From positions 3,038,001 to 3,102,000 of the forward strand of contig CDRNST010000051.1 in assembly GCA_977016875.1 (NCBI GenBank): a stretch of DNA of 64,000 nt. The letters run 5' to 3'. The position numbers were made by a program, and so were the translations under genes. Below, one piece after another: positions 14,138-25,570 of the stretch. This stretch comes from Pavona decussata. Taxonomy: Eukaryota. Below the pieces are notes generated by a model. That model was not told the DNA's origin, searched no databases, and saw nothing but the letters and a program-made list of their open reading frames with translations. Position 1 is the stretch's first letter. Every line of letters starts with the position of its first letter.

Positions 14138-15025
14138 AAGGTCCATAAAAACGCAAAAAAGAGAACGAGGCCAATATCTAGCCATCTTGACCGAACAAGC
14201 TTGGTCAATAAAGGATTTCTTACATGGCTTTACCTTCAAGTTAAAACTACAACAACAGAACAAAACTGCTCCACTCGGAAAGAAACTCTTCATAGCCGGC
14301 CGCTTCAACATATATTTTCAGTCCAATTTTTGAAGTCGTGGGAAACAAGGAATCCTAAATTATCTTAGGGCTCTAACTTTATAATGGCTTTAATAACTAC
14401 GCTATGACTTATATACAGTCATTGCAAACCCAGAGAACTTATCAATTTGGCACTCGACTTGAGACAATAAGTTTTACAAAATCAACTATCTAAAATAGTA
14501 CACACAGAGCAGCTCAACGATTCAACTCACATTCATTGTAGCTGAAACAAAATTTTCACTACACCAGGACGATTCCATTCTCTTTCCTTTCCTTTAGGTA
14601 AATGTTGTTGGGATTAAACTTTCGACTTATAATTTAAGGAATCAAACAAGTCAGTATCCGAAAGTTAATACAGATAGATTCAAGAACACTTACGTTAATC
14701 GCCTAATTTTTAAATACAATTTGGCTATGTGAGCGTATTTTAATTGTAAATCACTTAGATGTAGGTACTTTTTACTCAAATACTCAATTGTGACATAAGA
14801 TATGTATTTCTTATCTTGTGAAGAAATAGAGACTTTATTATTATTATTATTTCGATGCAAAGCGGACGGGCAACGGGTAATCCCGAGCGGGCAAGATAGC
14901 TCCATCTTGCCCGCTCGGGCAGCCAATCACAGCCCAGGATTTGACTCATCTTGCCCGCTCGCGGAGCCAGCCATATAATAAAGCTACTTATTCACTGGAT
15001 AAAGTTGTTTTCAGACCTGGGGCCA
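13950..15025. mobile_element. PIF/Harbinger-like MITE, split in two (about 13950-14030 and 14988-15025)
   Basis: Left end ggccccggttgttcaaag with internal tatccagcggataa subrepeats; right end ttcactggataaag...cctggggcc. Termini ggcccc/ggggcc are inverted. Confidence 0.5.
14056..14983. mobile_element. Palindromic non-autonomous element in two parts (hairpin 14056-14211; second module about 14860-14983)
   Basis: Near-perfect 156-bp fold-back: ttattgaccaagc..caagatggctggatattggcc..ttttgcgtttttatggacc pairs with ggtccataaaaacgcaaaa..ggccaatatctagccatcttg..gcttggtcaataa. Second hairpin cccgagcgggcaagat / atcttgcccgctcggg. Joining the two parts into one family relies on recalled coral repeats. Confidence 0.7.
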
Positions 15026-15108
15026 GGTCTGAAAAGGTAATCAGAAAATTACATATAACGGTCTGAAATAGAGTCAGGGCTTGGAGAACCGAGCTGCACA
15101 TTCTAACC

Positions 15109-15170
15109 CAGCCTCGTTCCCAGGGCTTTTCCGTTCTCGTGGGAAGGGAAAAGCCCTGGGAACGAGGTTG
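15109..15170. mobile_element. 62-bp hairpin MITE
   Basis: cagcctcgttcccagggcttttcc and ggaaaagccctgggaacgaggttg form a 24-bp inverted repeat with one mismatch. Confidence 0.85.
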
Positions 15171-15625
15171 ACTTCTACCGGCCAAAAATTCCGAGGAGTA
15201 TCCTTCCCCCATGACTGACACTTTTAGCCTCTCTGGTACCTCGTCAGTAAGTTGGTCGCCATGTTCGTTTTGAAATTCAAAACGAACATGGCACCAAGTA
15301 CTGACGAGGTCTTCCGACGAAACTAGTTTTGTAGTGGCATATGTAAATTGTGTGTTGAAAGTCAGTAAGAGAGGATCCTCTCTTGTTGAAAGTAAGTGCA
15401 AATGAGGTTTCTCCTCATCAAGATGATGTTGAGTAATACTTTCTTGGCTTCGATAAACAAAATTTCACAAAGAAGTTGTTCAAAACATTAACTTACAATC
15501 TGTTTAATTGATGTTCACACAGCCTTTTTAGAACAAAGCGTCTTTAAAATGACATTGCCAAGAGAATTCGGCAAAACCTTAAACGGAAGGGTCGGGTGAT
15601 ACCGCTCTAATTTGATTTGTTTGTA

Positions 15626-15766
15626 TGAAAGCGAGGCTAAGTGCAAAAATTTTCTTATAAAAATTAGTTTTGTTTGCATATGAATGAAAACTAATTTTCA
15701 TTATAAAAACTTTGCACTTAGCCTCCCTTTCATAATGAGGTTTACGGCTACTTGGAAATGGCCTGT
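15626..15766. mobile_element. Palindromic MITE, 5' truncated
   Basis: tgaaagcgaggctaagtgcaaa..aaaattagtttt pairs with aaaactaatttt..tttgcacttagcctccctttca; ends in ggaaatggcctgtt. Confidence 0.75.
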
Positions 15767-17990
15767 TGAAACCTAAAGAAAGAGCTTGTCCCGAGGGTAG
15801 CGGGTCTTCAGTGTCCCGCACTGTCGAAACGTTCATGTTCGCAATTGACTGATTTGGAAAACACAAGACACCATTAGGAAACTTATGCAATATTTCAAAT
15901 TTGCAATAGAGTTATCGGGGAGATATAGTTCTTGAGAACACAAGGATGAACCAACATTTATCGCATTCCCGCACACTGGGAAATTAGCAAACATCTGAAG
16001 AACTTGGTTTTCATCCACGGAATTTATAGTTAAAATAGGTAAGACCAACGGCTGTTCAAAATCCAGTGTCCACAACCTACAACCAAAGAAACAGCGCCCG
16101 TGGTCAAGACTTGGAAAAGTTGCGTATATGAATTACTGTCCTGCGACTTGGCCGAGTTTCAGTGCAGCCGAAAGTTACAGTTTATAGTGATAACGAAACT
16201 CTCGCTATGGCAGGAGGCGCATACTTGATTTGATTACTGCATTCGATGACGATCGCAACTGATAACTGTTCTAACAATACTAAGTTGCACACCTTTCATT
16301 TTTGTTGCGTACCCTGCTATTTCAGACTTGATGAGAGCGTAAAAACCGTGTTGAAAGCAGTTTACTGAGTTGAAGGCCCGGCTTAGGTTCCAACGGGATC
16401 TTTGCTGAGGCGGACTAGCTTCGTTCATTTCTTACGAGGTACGCTTTTACGGGAGTTGGTTGTGAGAGTTTCGCTTTCGGCAGGGAAGAGCTGAAATTGG
16501 TTTTTCCGGCGTGAATTGATTTTCGACACCTTTAGAGCAACCTAAACGTTGATGCAATTATCAGCTCATTAATTTCCTGTTTTCCAAACTTTTAGTTTTA
16601 CCCCTTGGATAGAAGTGATAATTGCAAGGATTAAACCCTGATTAGCTAGCTATACTAAGACAAAACTTTCTACTCTTATCTGTAAAACTGAACAACACTC
16701 AGTTACATTTATGCATGCAGTGCACACAACACGAGTGTTGATCCCCTGGAAGTAGGGGGGAGGTACCAAGTTAGACTTCTTACGTTTTTGTTTTGGTGAG
16801 AAAAGAGCCATGTTGAAAGGCTCGAATAGAACGAGATTATAGTTCAAGTTGGCAGAGATTTAAGGCGAAATGGAAGGAGGGTCAAGGAGAAGATACGATG
16901 GAAAAGCGTCTGTGGGTATTTTGAGTTCGTTCGCATGTTGTCTTTGACCGTGCGAAGTCATTTGGCTGTCAGTAAATATCATTGCGCCATGGGCCCTGAA
17001 TAGTTTGACAGTATAAAGCCATGCCGATTCAATACAAACCGTGTGTCAGGTCTGTATCTGTGTGGCTCGGTCATACGTTATCATAAACTTCCCGGTATGC
17101 GGATTTCGAGTAGCTCAACGCAATATCACCCTTTCTTTCTGACTAAAACTAGACTAGCTCTATCGCGAAGGGAGGATAGATTTAAAAAATCTGCGAGGCG
17201 TCAGTAGAATGGGAATAAATATAGGGCCGCGCTTTTGTCGTATTAAGCTTAAGCTTATATTCCCGTGCATTTTCTCCAATGTTTTCACCAAATATTTCAA
17301 ATCAGGGCACAAGGTTTAAACACGTTCTCATCTGAGTTTTAAATTGACGCTATCCACAAGCTCACCAATGAATGCCTTTGATAATTTACTTTGTACGGAT
17401 AAACAGATTGTGACTGTGGGTAAAGCTTGCATCGAACCAGGACTTCCCGCGTGAACGCCTCCAGGCGTCTTGTTTGATCGGTTACTTCAAAGTTTGGGAC
17501 GGTCAGGGCCAAAAACGCGAACTTGAAAAGAAAAGAACGAAGTTTGTCAGGATTTAGAAGCATTTCTAAACTTCTTGAAGTTGAAAGACGATGCTGTTTT
17601 CTTACAAATAACTTGTTCACCAAGAAAAAAAGCCAAGGCTTCGAATAAAGAAGATAAAGTTTTCCATAAGACTCCCAACCTTCTCAAAGGTTAGGTGAAG
17701 GAAAGAACAATAAAACACATAAAAAAAAAACGAAGCAAGGAAAAAAATGAGAGAGAGTGACAACACGTTAATTCCTTGCATTAAGGTAATATTACGTCAT
17801 TTCTTGTGCCTCCCAAATGAAAACTTTCAATGTTTGAAAGGAAACTTTGCAATCTTGCTACAATGTCTTCGCCAGCGTGGCCGCAATTCACCAAGCCGAT
17901 CGTTAGAAAATGTTTTTTTTTTTTCGCCACTAAACATTTAGCAGTAACTTTTGCCATAGTACGGAAAATGAACGCCCTTAAAGCAGTTAA

Positions 17991-18638
17991 AGGGGCAGTG
18001 TCACCTATTTTAGTGTTCCCGGCTTTGAGTGGCCAAAAAACATACTTCAATCGATGGAATCGTTAAAATTATAGTTCAGTTTTGTTAACAATAACCCTAC
18101 TGGTGCACCGAAAGTAGTACTAGTTATTCCAAAAGCCAGAACGTGATGATAAAATGCATACAAAATTAGGAGCTTAAATAGCAACACAAGGCATGCTCAA
18201 GAGAACAGGCAGAGTTCCCCGCTGGATTTTAATCCTTTGTTAAGTGATGGCGAACGGCGCTTTTAGTCTGATGATGGTATAGTTTATACCGAAATATACC
18301 TGTCACTTGAGATCTTGGTTTTGTTCATTTGTTGTCAAAATTTAAAGACACGATGAATCTACTCGGTCTATCGTTTATCTTATAAGTACTAGCAGTTATG
18401 TTTGGCTGCGGATGGCTAGGATGGAAATGGATTACAACTTGAAAAAATTGGCAAGTTCTTCTTGCGTATTTTAGAGAAGTCGCTAAAAACCAAGTATAGC
18501 TAGTTCTTTCTTGTAGAAATCCCTTAAGAGTTTTCCCCCGGTGTTCTAAAAGCAATTTCATGTTAGCAAAAACGTTTTTCGTGAAATGTTTGGGCAGTTT
18601 TGACCAAAATACAGCAAAATCGCCATGACAATGCCCCT
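17991..18638. mobile_element. Kolobok-type non-autonomous DNA transposon, 648 bp
   Basis: TTAA on both flanks (17987-17990 and 18639-18642). TIRs aggggcagtgtca / tgacaatgcccct match at 12 of 13 positions. A TTAA TSD with purine-purine termini fits Kolobok rather than piggyBac, whose ends start CC. Confidence 0.75.
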
Positions 18639-21600
18639 TTAAAAATGTGCAAACGGGGTCACAGTTTCTGAACTCCGTCCGCGAAAAGTTATATGGTCCA
18701 CGCTCCTGACAGTGGGTCAAACAACTGGGATGCTCACGGACAAAAAATCTTTACTTTAACGTTTCCTTAATTCGCACATCTGACAAAACAATTTCGAGAG
18801 GAAAGAATTGGATTATTGAATAAGGAAAAAGGGTTGAGCGGTGTAAGCCACTTCCTTAGAGTCTGCGGATATCATAGCATGTTAATACGTCAAAAGGTTT
18901 AACTTGTAACTTTGAATTTCCTTTGTGGTTTGCTAAGGTTCAAATGAGCCAAGCTCACAACCGTGTCATTGTTGTAACTGTTTTGATTATTGTATACAAC
19001 ACAGTCAAACGGCTCACGGCAGACACCAAACGGACGGAACCCATCAAAAGTACGCAGTATGCACGGGACACCTAACGGTCCATTTGTTGAACATAATTGT
19101 CTCAGAAATTTGTATTTAATTGCGATGAATATCCAGAGATTCTTGAGAGAAATGTCGCTTAAGCATCCGTATCATGGGAAAATTATGATTTCCTTTGTCT
19201 TCGGAGGGACAAAACTACCGTAATGTGATGCGATCAAACTATCAATTTTGGCCTTAGGGAACTGGGAGAAACTAAACAAAGACGTCTTCATAAATGAAAG
19301 CAGGGGAAATTATAATCTTTTTCGCAAGTTAAAAATGTGCTCAAACCGCAGAATTTAAACAATGTGTACGGACATTCAAAGGATTGGTTTTTCAAATGAG
19401 AAGAGGCACATCAAATTGTACAGGAAAGTTTTAACGTTGTTTTAGAACGATGCACTCGAGCTCAATGATGCCGTTGAAAAATTACTTTTGAAAAGGGAGT
19501 ACTCGGAAATAAAAACTGCGTTATATCGTGCGGGGTTGAGCTGTCGGCTCGGTTTTATACTGAAGAAAAATCATGTTTGGATGGAGGGGTCGGCGATTCA
19601 TTCTATCAGTAATAACATAATGATCAATTGCATTTTAGTTAACTCTTCTGTTATGCTTATCAGAGCAAGTACATTTTTAAAAAGTACGGGTAACTAGTTT
19701 ATATGATTACTGTATTGTGTTTATCGAACTAAACAACTAGGAAATTGAGCGATTTACGACATATTCAACATCGTTTTTTCACCCTCTTTGATTAGATAAT
19801 TAAAATCAGGAAATCCTGCACATCTCCGTTTTCAAAAACTCACGCGAGATTTTTAAAAGCAGGTACAAACCCAAGCTCTTTATCTTTGACTACATAATGA
19901 CTTGCATGCAGTAGCTAAACGTATATCTTGAGGATGGCAGCTGTTCACATCCCGGAAATTTTCTCGGATAAAGATACAAGTTAGTGTAATCCTTTAAACG
20001 TAATCTATCACTGGAAACGGACACCTTGTGTACAATATTGTATTATAAGAAAACATTTTCAAAGAAAATGACATGTTAACCAGATCGTTTACTTATTTGC
20101 GTTCCAGCCGAAAACTTTAAGTTTGGAGTTACTATCCTTCTTTGTTGTAGTTGAGGGCTTACTAAATTTCTGGAATTTGACCACACCCTGAGATCATTCA
20201 CAGCCTGTCGATCCATGTGTTCCGGCTCAGTAGAACGATATAATACCAAATAAAATATAATCTACGTTCTTGGATTGTTCGCACGACGTACTGTATTTTG
20301 ATTCTGGATGTAGTTGTGACAAGATATTGAAATCTATCAAGCTGTGTGAAAGACTCACCGCTTGGTAATAACAATAATAAAAAATCTGTGGTCTAACTTG
20401 CTACTATAAAATACAACCGCTCATATCTTGTGATACCGTAATATCCTGTGGCTGACAAAACATGATAATGGTATATAAAAGATTTCTTCTTAGGTGGCTT
20501 TCTCAGGAATTTGGCCCAAGTCTTCGCAAGCTAACCCTTATCATTTTACCGGAGCTTACACTGACATGCCACTTACAAACTACCAAGAAATGTCGAATTG
20601 TATAAGTTTGGGGGCAGGAGACCCAGAACGAATGTACCAAATTAACTCTCCCCACCCCCACCCCCAGAATTAGCCACCTCTCGGTCAAAAGAAAATACAT
20701 AATCAAGTGCGTTTAGTTTAAGAAATGGATGTAAAAAATCCAATCTTTATTCAAACCATCCCAACAAATAAAGAGCAGAATAATTTCTACGAGTGTTGCT
20801 CGCCTTGTTGTCTTTGGTTTTAGAATTAACATATTAAACTACCCGGATCTTCACTTGAGAAGATGTTAAAAGTTTGATTGGTAACATTCAACTAGACATG
20901 CCGGGGTTCGCTCTTGGAGCAAAAGGAAGCGACCACGAGCGCGTTGTACTCAGTAGTTCTCGTTGTTAGGAAGACATGGATCGTTTCGCAGCAATGTTTT
21001 TCTAAGGATTTGTCCAAAAGAGACTAATATAAATGATCGATAAACAAAGAGAGTGAGCAGCATAGGCAGATTCTGCGCAGGATTTCCGACCGGGATGGCG
21101 TTTATCGTCAATTTCTTCTGCAGGGCGTGGCTGTGGAGAACGTTTAATGCTAAATGCCAGTTAAGGTGTGGGGGATATGGTTCTCGATAACTCGATAAAG
21201 ATAATCGATTTATTTTAAAGAGTTTAATTAACAAGGAGCGGAAATGACGCTTACTTTTCCTTCACACCAGAAAAAAATTGTTAATATCGCTCTATCCTTT
21301 CTTTTAAATCTTTTACTTCCGTGAACGAAATAACGGCAATTTTAATTGTGCAAAACACTAAAAACCGAAAACCATCAAATAAAAGTTCAACTAATTTGAA
21401 AAGCCACACTTAAGGATTTCAAGCACAGACTCAAAAGTTAGAACCACTATCGACAGCTTAATTACAGGAAATGTACTGCACAATAGCTTTCATTTGAATG
21501 GTCGCACTCTTTGCTTGGGTATTCTCTTAATCAACACATCCTTTACCACGTTTGAACTTAAATTTTCCTGCCTTGATACCCCAATTCGAAACTGGAAATA

Positions 21601-22158
21601 AATAAATTTTGTCATATATAAAACGGCATACAAACTGAGCATTAATTAACAAAAACAGGAAGTATTACCGAACAGTATTCTGTTTGAGAGTCCTTACTAG
21701 AACTGTTTTGGTAAGTACACACGGAAGAGATGCATTCATTACCTTTGACTCTAGGCATTGTCTACAATTCAATGAAATCTCTTCATCCTAAAAAGCGAAA
21801 GCAAACATGTATTACGCACTGCTGGGGATAAAGAGGCTAATTGTTAATAATTATTAACACAACAACGCTATAACACCTTCAGTGAAGATGATAAATCATT
21901 TGCTAGACCTATCAAACTCTACCTGTCAATGTTTTTAAAGCTTTTGATTAAAGACAGTTTTCTATACGGCCCACCTTAGAGGTCAGAAAAAAAAAAATGA
22001 TTATCTGGAGGCACAGTGAAACCACAGCTTTAGAACAATTTTACAGAAAGGATTAGTGTAATGACACACATTAGCGGACGAATTAAGAGGCTTAGAGTTT
22101 CATTATACACTTACGGTTTATTTTCTAAACACAGAGAGTGTGTAAACTCAGCGTGTTT

Positions 22159-22296
22159 TTAATTAAACTTGGTGGGTGGTGCACGGGTTATTTTCTGTCG
22201 GACAGTTTCCTGTGTTTTGTGCAATAACAAGAGCATAAAAGCGTCATTTGTGTATTGTAACAACACTATAAACAAGCTGCTTGATCCTCTTAGTTT
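22159..22296 (+). promoter_or_regulatory. Putative core promoter of FoxQ1b
   Basis: TATAAA at 22267-22272 (overlapping a Fox-type TAAACA), Inr-like TTAGTT about 25 nt downstream, and upstream TTAATT...GTGGGTGGTGC motif shared with FoxQ1a. Confidence 0.5.
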
Positions 22297-22392
22297 ACAC
22301 TTCAACTGCGAGAGCACGCATTGCTGTAAGGCTAAGCGCTCCATTAAGAGGTATTTAGTTGTAATCCTTTAGCTAAACAAGGGATTGAAGAG

Positions 22393-23106
22393 ATGACTGA
22401 ACGATCGTTGAAGACCAGAAAGACCAGCCGCCGGTCCGCGACAGCTCAACTGAAGCCGCCACATTCGTACATTGCGCTAATATCCACAGCGATTCTCAGC
22501 TCTCCACGAAAGAAGCTCACGCTCACTGAGATCAACAAATACCTTGTGGATAATTATGAGTTCTTCCGAGGGGCTTACCAGGGTTGGAAAAACTCTGTGC
22601 GACACAACCTCTCGTTTAACAAGTGCTTCGTGAAAGTACTCAAGGATCCTTCGCGCCCCTGGGGTAAGGACAATTACTGGACAGTTTTAGTGGATTTATT
22701 GGAAGAATACATAAGAGAGGACGGTTATTTTAGGCGGCGAAGAAAGCGACAGCCTCGAGCAAAAGGAAAAGTTGAGTCATTTCATGGCAAAGAAGGACGC
22801 GACATTCAGCGGGCGCTCCAAGACGCGGACAAAACGAACTTTGCCAATGACCTTGATGTGACTTCCAGTCCAGACTTATATACATCTCAAGAAGTCCAAA
22901 GCAAGGGAAACATCGATCTTAATAGATTTTCTATCGACAGACTACTACAGGTTGAAGACAAAGTACGAAATGACGAAAGATTTGGCCATCAGATGTTTGG
23001 TGCGGGATTCACGAGATTTCAAGGTATGACATCTAAGGGTATAAAGCAATTATCAACCTTGAAGGACATAATTGAATTATCCCCTTTGCAGACATTTTCA
23101 CGGTGA
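22393..23106 (+). CDS. FoxQ1: Forkhead box transcription factor, FoxQ1 class (paralog b), single exon, 237 aa
   Basis: Forkhead domain with [13 protein letters not shown] and [10 protein letters not shown]. 68 of 79 residues identical to paralog a from LKPP to YWTV (manual count). eh1-like FSIDRLL at 22927-22947. Confidence 0.92.
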   Translation: MTERSLKTRKTSRRSATAQLKPPHSYIALISTAILSSPRKKLTLTEINKYLVDNYEFFRGAYQGWKNSVRHNLSFNKCFVKVLKDPSRPWGKDNYWTVLVDLLEEYIREDGYFRRRRKRQPRAKGKVESFHGKEGRDIQRALQDADKTNFANDLDVTSSPDLYTSQEVQSKGNIDLNRFSIDRLLQVEDKVRNDERFGHQMFGAGFTRFQGMTSKGIKQLSTLKDIIELSPLQTFSR

Positions 23107-23676
23107 CGCGTAAGAAAGTAAAGTTGCACAAATAATTCGTGTTTCAAAAGATAAAAAGAAGTAGCAAGGAGATTTCCCACATCATTATTATCGGTCACAG
23201 TTGAATGTTTTGTAAGCGACCAAACTGAGGTTGACTCTCGCTTATGAGGGATTCTAAATACAGTGTTTGACTTGGAATTGATCAAACATAGATTTTCTCA
23301 TCAAGGGGTTGTTACTTAGGAAAAAAGGATAGCTTACAAGAGTTGTCGCTCAAAAAAATTCAAGCGTATACTTTTTACTAAATTGAGATATGTCGCAACG
23401 GAAAGGGGGACATAGCTCCTAGTCCTGTGCATTGTCTGTCGAATTTCAGCCCAACCCAAAAATCCTCGGTGGTCCAAGCATCCTTGGCCAGACTTTTTCT
23501 GGTTGCGTAATATAAAATTCTCTGTTAGCCTTTCAAAAGCGTGTCTTTATCTTTTTTCCCCAAGAAACAAAATGTTCAGTCGGTAATGTGGTTCTCAATT
23601 CACCTAAATGTATCAAGGAAATCCTAAACGATAATAACGATTCAAATATATAAGGGCTCCTGAGTGGTATTTCCCT

Positions 23677-23812
23677 TACTCTTGGTGCTGGAGGTTATTT
23701 TTTCCGCGCGGGAGAGAACCGCGGCCAAGCCGCGTCTCTCCTCTTTATAACCGCCGCTGCGGTTATTTCCTTATTTTGAGTTTTTAGACAACAGCCCTCT
23801 GGAGCCAGGGTA
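23677..23812. mobile_element. MITE with about 17-bp TIRs and probable 9-bp TSD
   Basis: tactcttggtgctggagg ... cctctggagccagggta, flanked by tatttccct / tattttcct. It sits inside a degenerate copy of the cattcaaatgaaa satellite-like repeat. Confidence 0.65.
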
Positions 23813-24877
23813 TATTTTCCTGTAGCCATGGACAAACTTGTGGTTGTAATGATCTTTTAAGTCTGCGAATGAAGCCGCGGACATTCAAATGAAACCATTT
23901 GAACAGTGCTATCCTTTGTGATGAAGTTTTTCAAAACGACCGTTTGCACTTTTATTAAACTTGTGTGCTTTCTGAGGGGGCAGTCTGTGGAAAAAAACCT
24001 GGAATAAAAGTGGCTCCCTGAACCCTGAAAAAGCGGCTGAGTTCAACCGTAGCTTGTTTACTTACAAATCTCATGATATACACCAAGAGAGGATGAAGGT
24101 ACCTTCATCCTTCTTATATACACCAATCATCTGATTGTTCAAATATTTGGATAGTCTATTCATATTATTTGTGTCAACTATCATCTGTGATTAAGAAAAT
24201 ATCATTAATGTCAGCAGTCATGTTATGGGTTTGATTACCAGTGAAAGCTGGTAAAGATTATTCAGGTGCAGTTTTACAAATTATCAAATCTATTAAGATT
24301 TCTTCCCTTAATTAGTTAGTTCTTTGACCTATAACAAACCAAATTAAGTCTTCATGTAATAAAAACCGGTACACTAGAGAGGACAAACCCACGACTACGT
24401 CGGTAGGGATGTGTGGTCCGCAAGGGTATGGTGTTTGAACCGGCTAAATATCTCATAGATTTAGTAGACCATTTGACCTCAAATGGTGTATGTTTGCGCA
24501 ACAGATTTTAACGTTTTGCGTTAAAGGCGGGGGGGGGGGGGGGGGGGGAGTTTCAACCATTTTAGGTGCTAGATCTGAGGTTGGGTTTCCCATTCTAAGT
24601 CGCACCCTCCCCCGGTTTTCTTTTTTTGTTCGAAGTGAACTTTACAGGCATGGAGAAGGGTGTAGAACTTGCTAGAGTAATGAGACTGTTTCAAATCGTT
24701 TTACATAAAGTAACACGTCCGAGCGTGAGCGGAGTGGCCTTCCGTAGTTAAGCAAGGTTGTTAAAACTAATATATAGCTTCTTTCCTGAGCGTAGCCAGG
24801 TACTGCTTGTAATCCATTTGACTATTTATACACATAACTAGTTTCATTTGTTTTTATAGTAAACACAAGACAAGACT

Positions 24878-25087
24878 ATGAACTCCAAAACATTTCTGAT
24901 TATCAACACGATGCTCAAGACAGAAGACGCAGTCCCTTCATTTTCCAGTCCCAAGCGCAAGAGCAGACCACGCCCTTCGGTCCGCCATCTTGGATTCGTA
25001 CGGACTCGCCTTATCAAGGAACACCGTTTCTTCCTTGTGTTCCCAGACGTCAGAGTGCCGCACGTCACTATTACATCTGACTCTTAA
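24878..25087 (+). CDS. Candidate 69-aa microprotein of unknown function
   Basis: True ATG with A at -3, TATATAG at 24771, possible 60-nt 5'UTR intron 24800-24859, basic SPKRKSRPR segment and C-terminal PHVTIT. No homology recognised. Confidence 0.3.
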   Translation: MNSKTFLIINTMLKTEDAVPSFSSPKRKSRPRPSVRHLGFVRTRLIKEHRFFLVFPDVRVPHVTITSDS

Positions 25088-25356
25088 ACTGTGTTAACAT
25101 TGTTGGATTAATGTGATACTTTCGGCCCCTCGCATCTCAATTATTCTTTAGCATAAAAGATGTTGGTTGTTTTTTGTTTACCGGCTAAAGAGTTTCTCTT
25201 TCGGCTATAGTTAATGTTCTACCAAAGGGGCTTCTCCCGTTACAAAACTTCGTTCCTTTTACTGGGTCATCCTTGACAGGCCATGATATAGATTCCATGA
25301 CTAATGATAATTAGTATTGTAGATGACTGCGGTATGCAAGTGAACCGTGACTAACG

Positions 25357-25570
25357 CTGGGTTCGTTTGTTCAAAGCAGGATAAAGAACCTAGGATCATT
25401 ATCAGTTTTCTGAATTTTGAATTCGGTTTGCAGCTCAACTTTGCTAGTTCCTGTAAATTGTTTTTGTCCAACATTTTTGCTTTTGGCGGAATTGCTTTTC
25501 AACAAGAGAAAAAAGACCTTGGTTAACGATCCTTGGTTTGCGTTAACCGGCTTTCGAACGACTGACCCTG
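25357..25570. mobile_element. Degenerate Harbinger-like MITE
   Basis: Imperfect TIRs ctgggttcgtttgttcaaag and ctttcgaacgactgaccctg; the terminus resembles that of the 13950 element. Confidence 0.5.

Larger units (their letters stand above)
13786..15210 (+). mobile_element. Non-autonomous DNA element (ggtctgaaa-rich family) split by nested insertions
   Basis: 5' part ctggggtgtatactcccc...gtctgaaatgggtatgattttagag (to about 13946) resumes as aggtctgaaaa...ggtctgaaatagagtcaggg...gaggagtatccttccccc (15025-15210). Related fragments occur near 12540-12720, 24380-24615, 35040-35300 and 38265-38470. Confidence 0.55.

Noticed and set aside
14039-15401. Several overlapping 78-137 aa ORFs
   Set aside because: They fall largely within palindromic and nested MITE sequence and show no protein signature.
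2526-23106. The two FoxQ1 genes as an uncollapsed haplotype artefact
   Set aside because: The forkhead domains differ at 11 of 79 residues and the termini and flanks do not align, far beyond allelic divergence.
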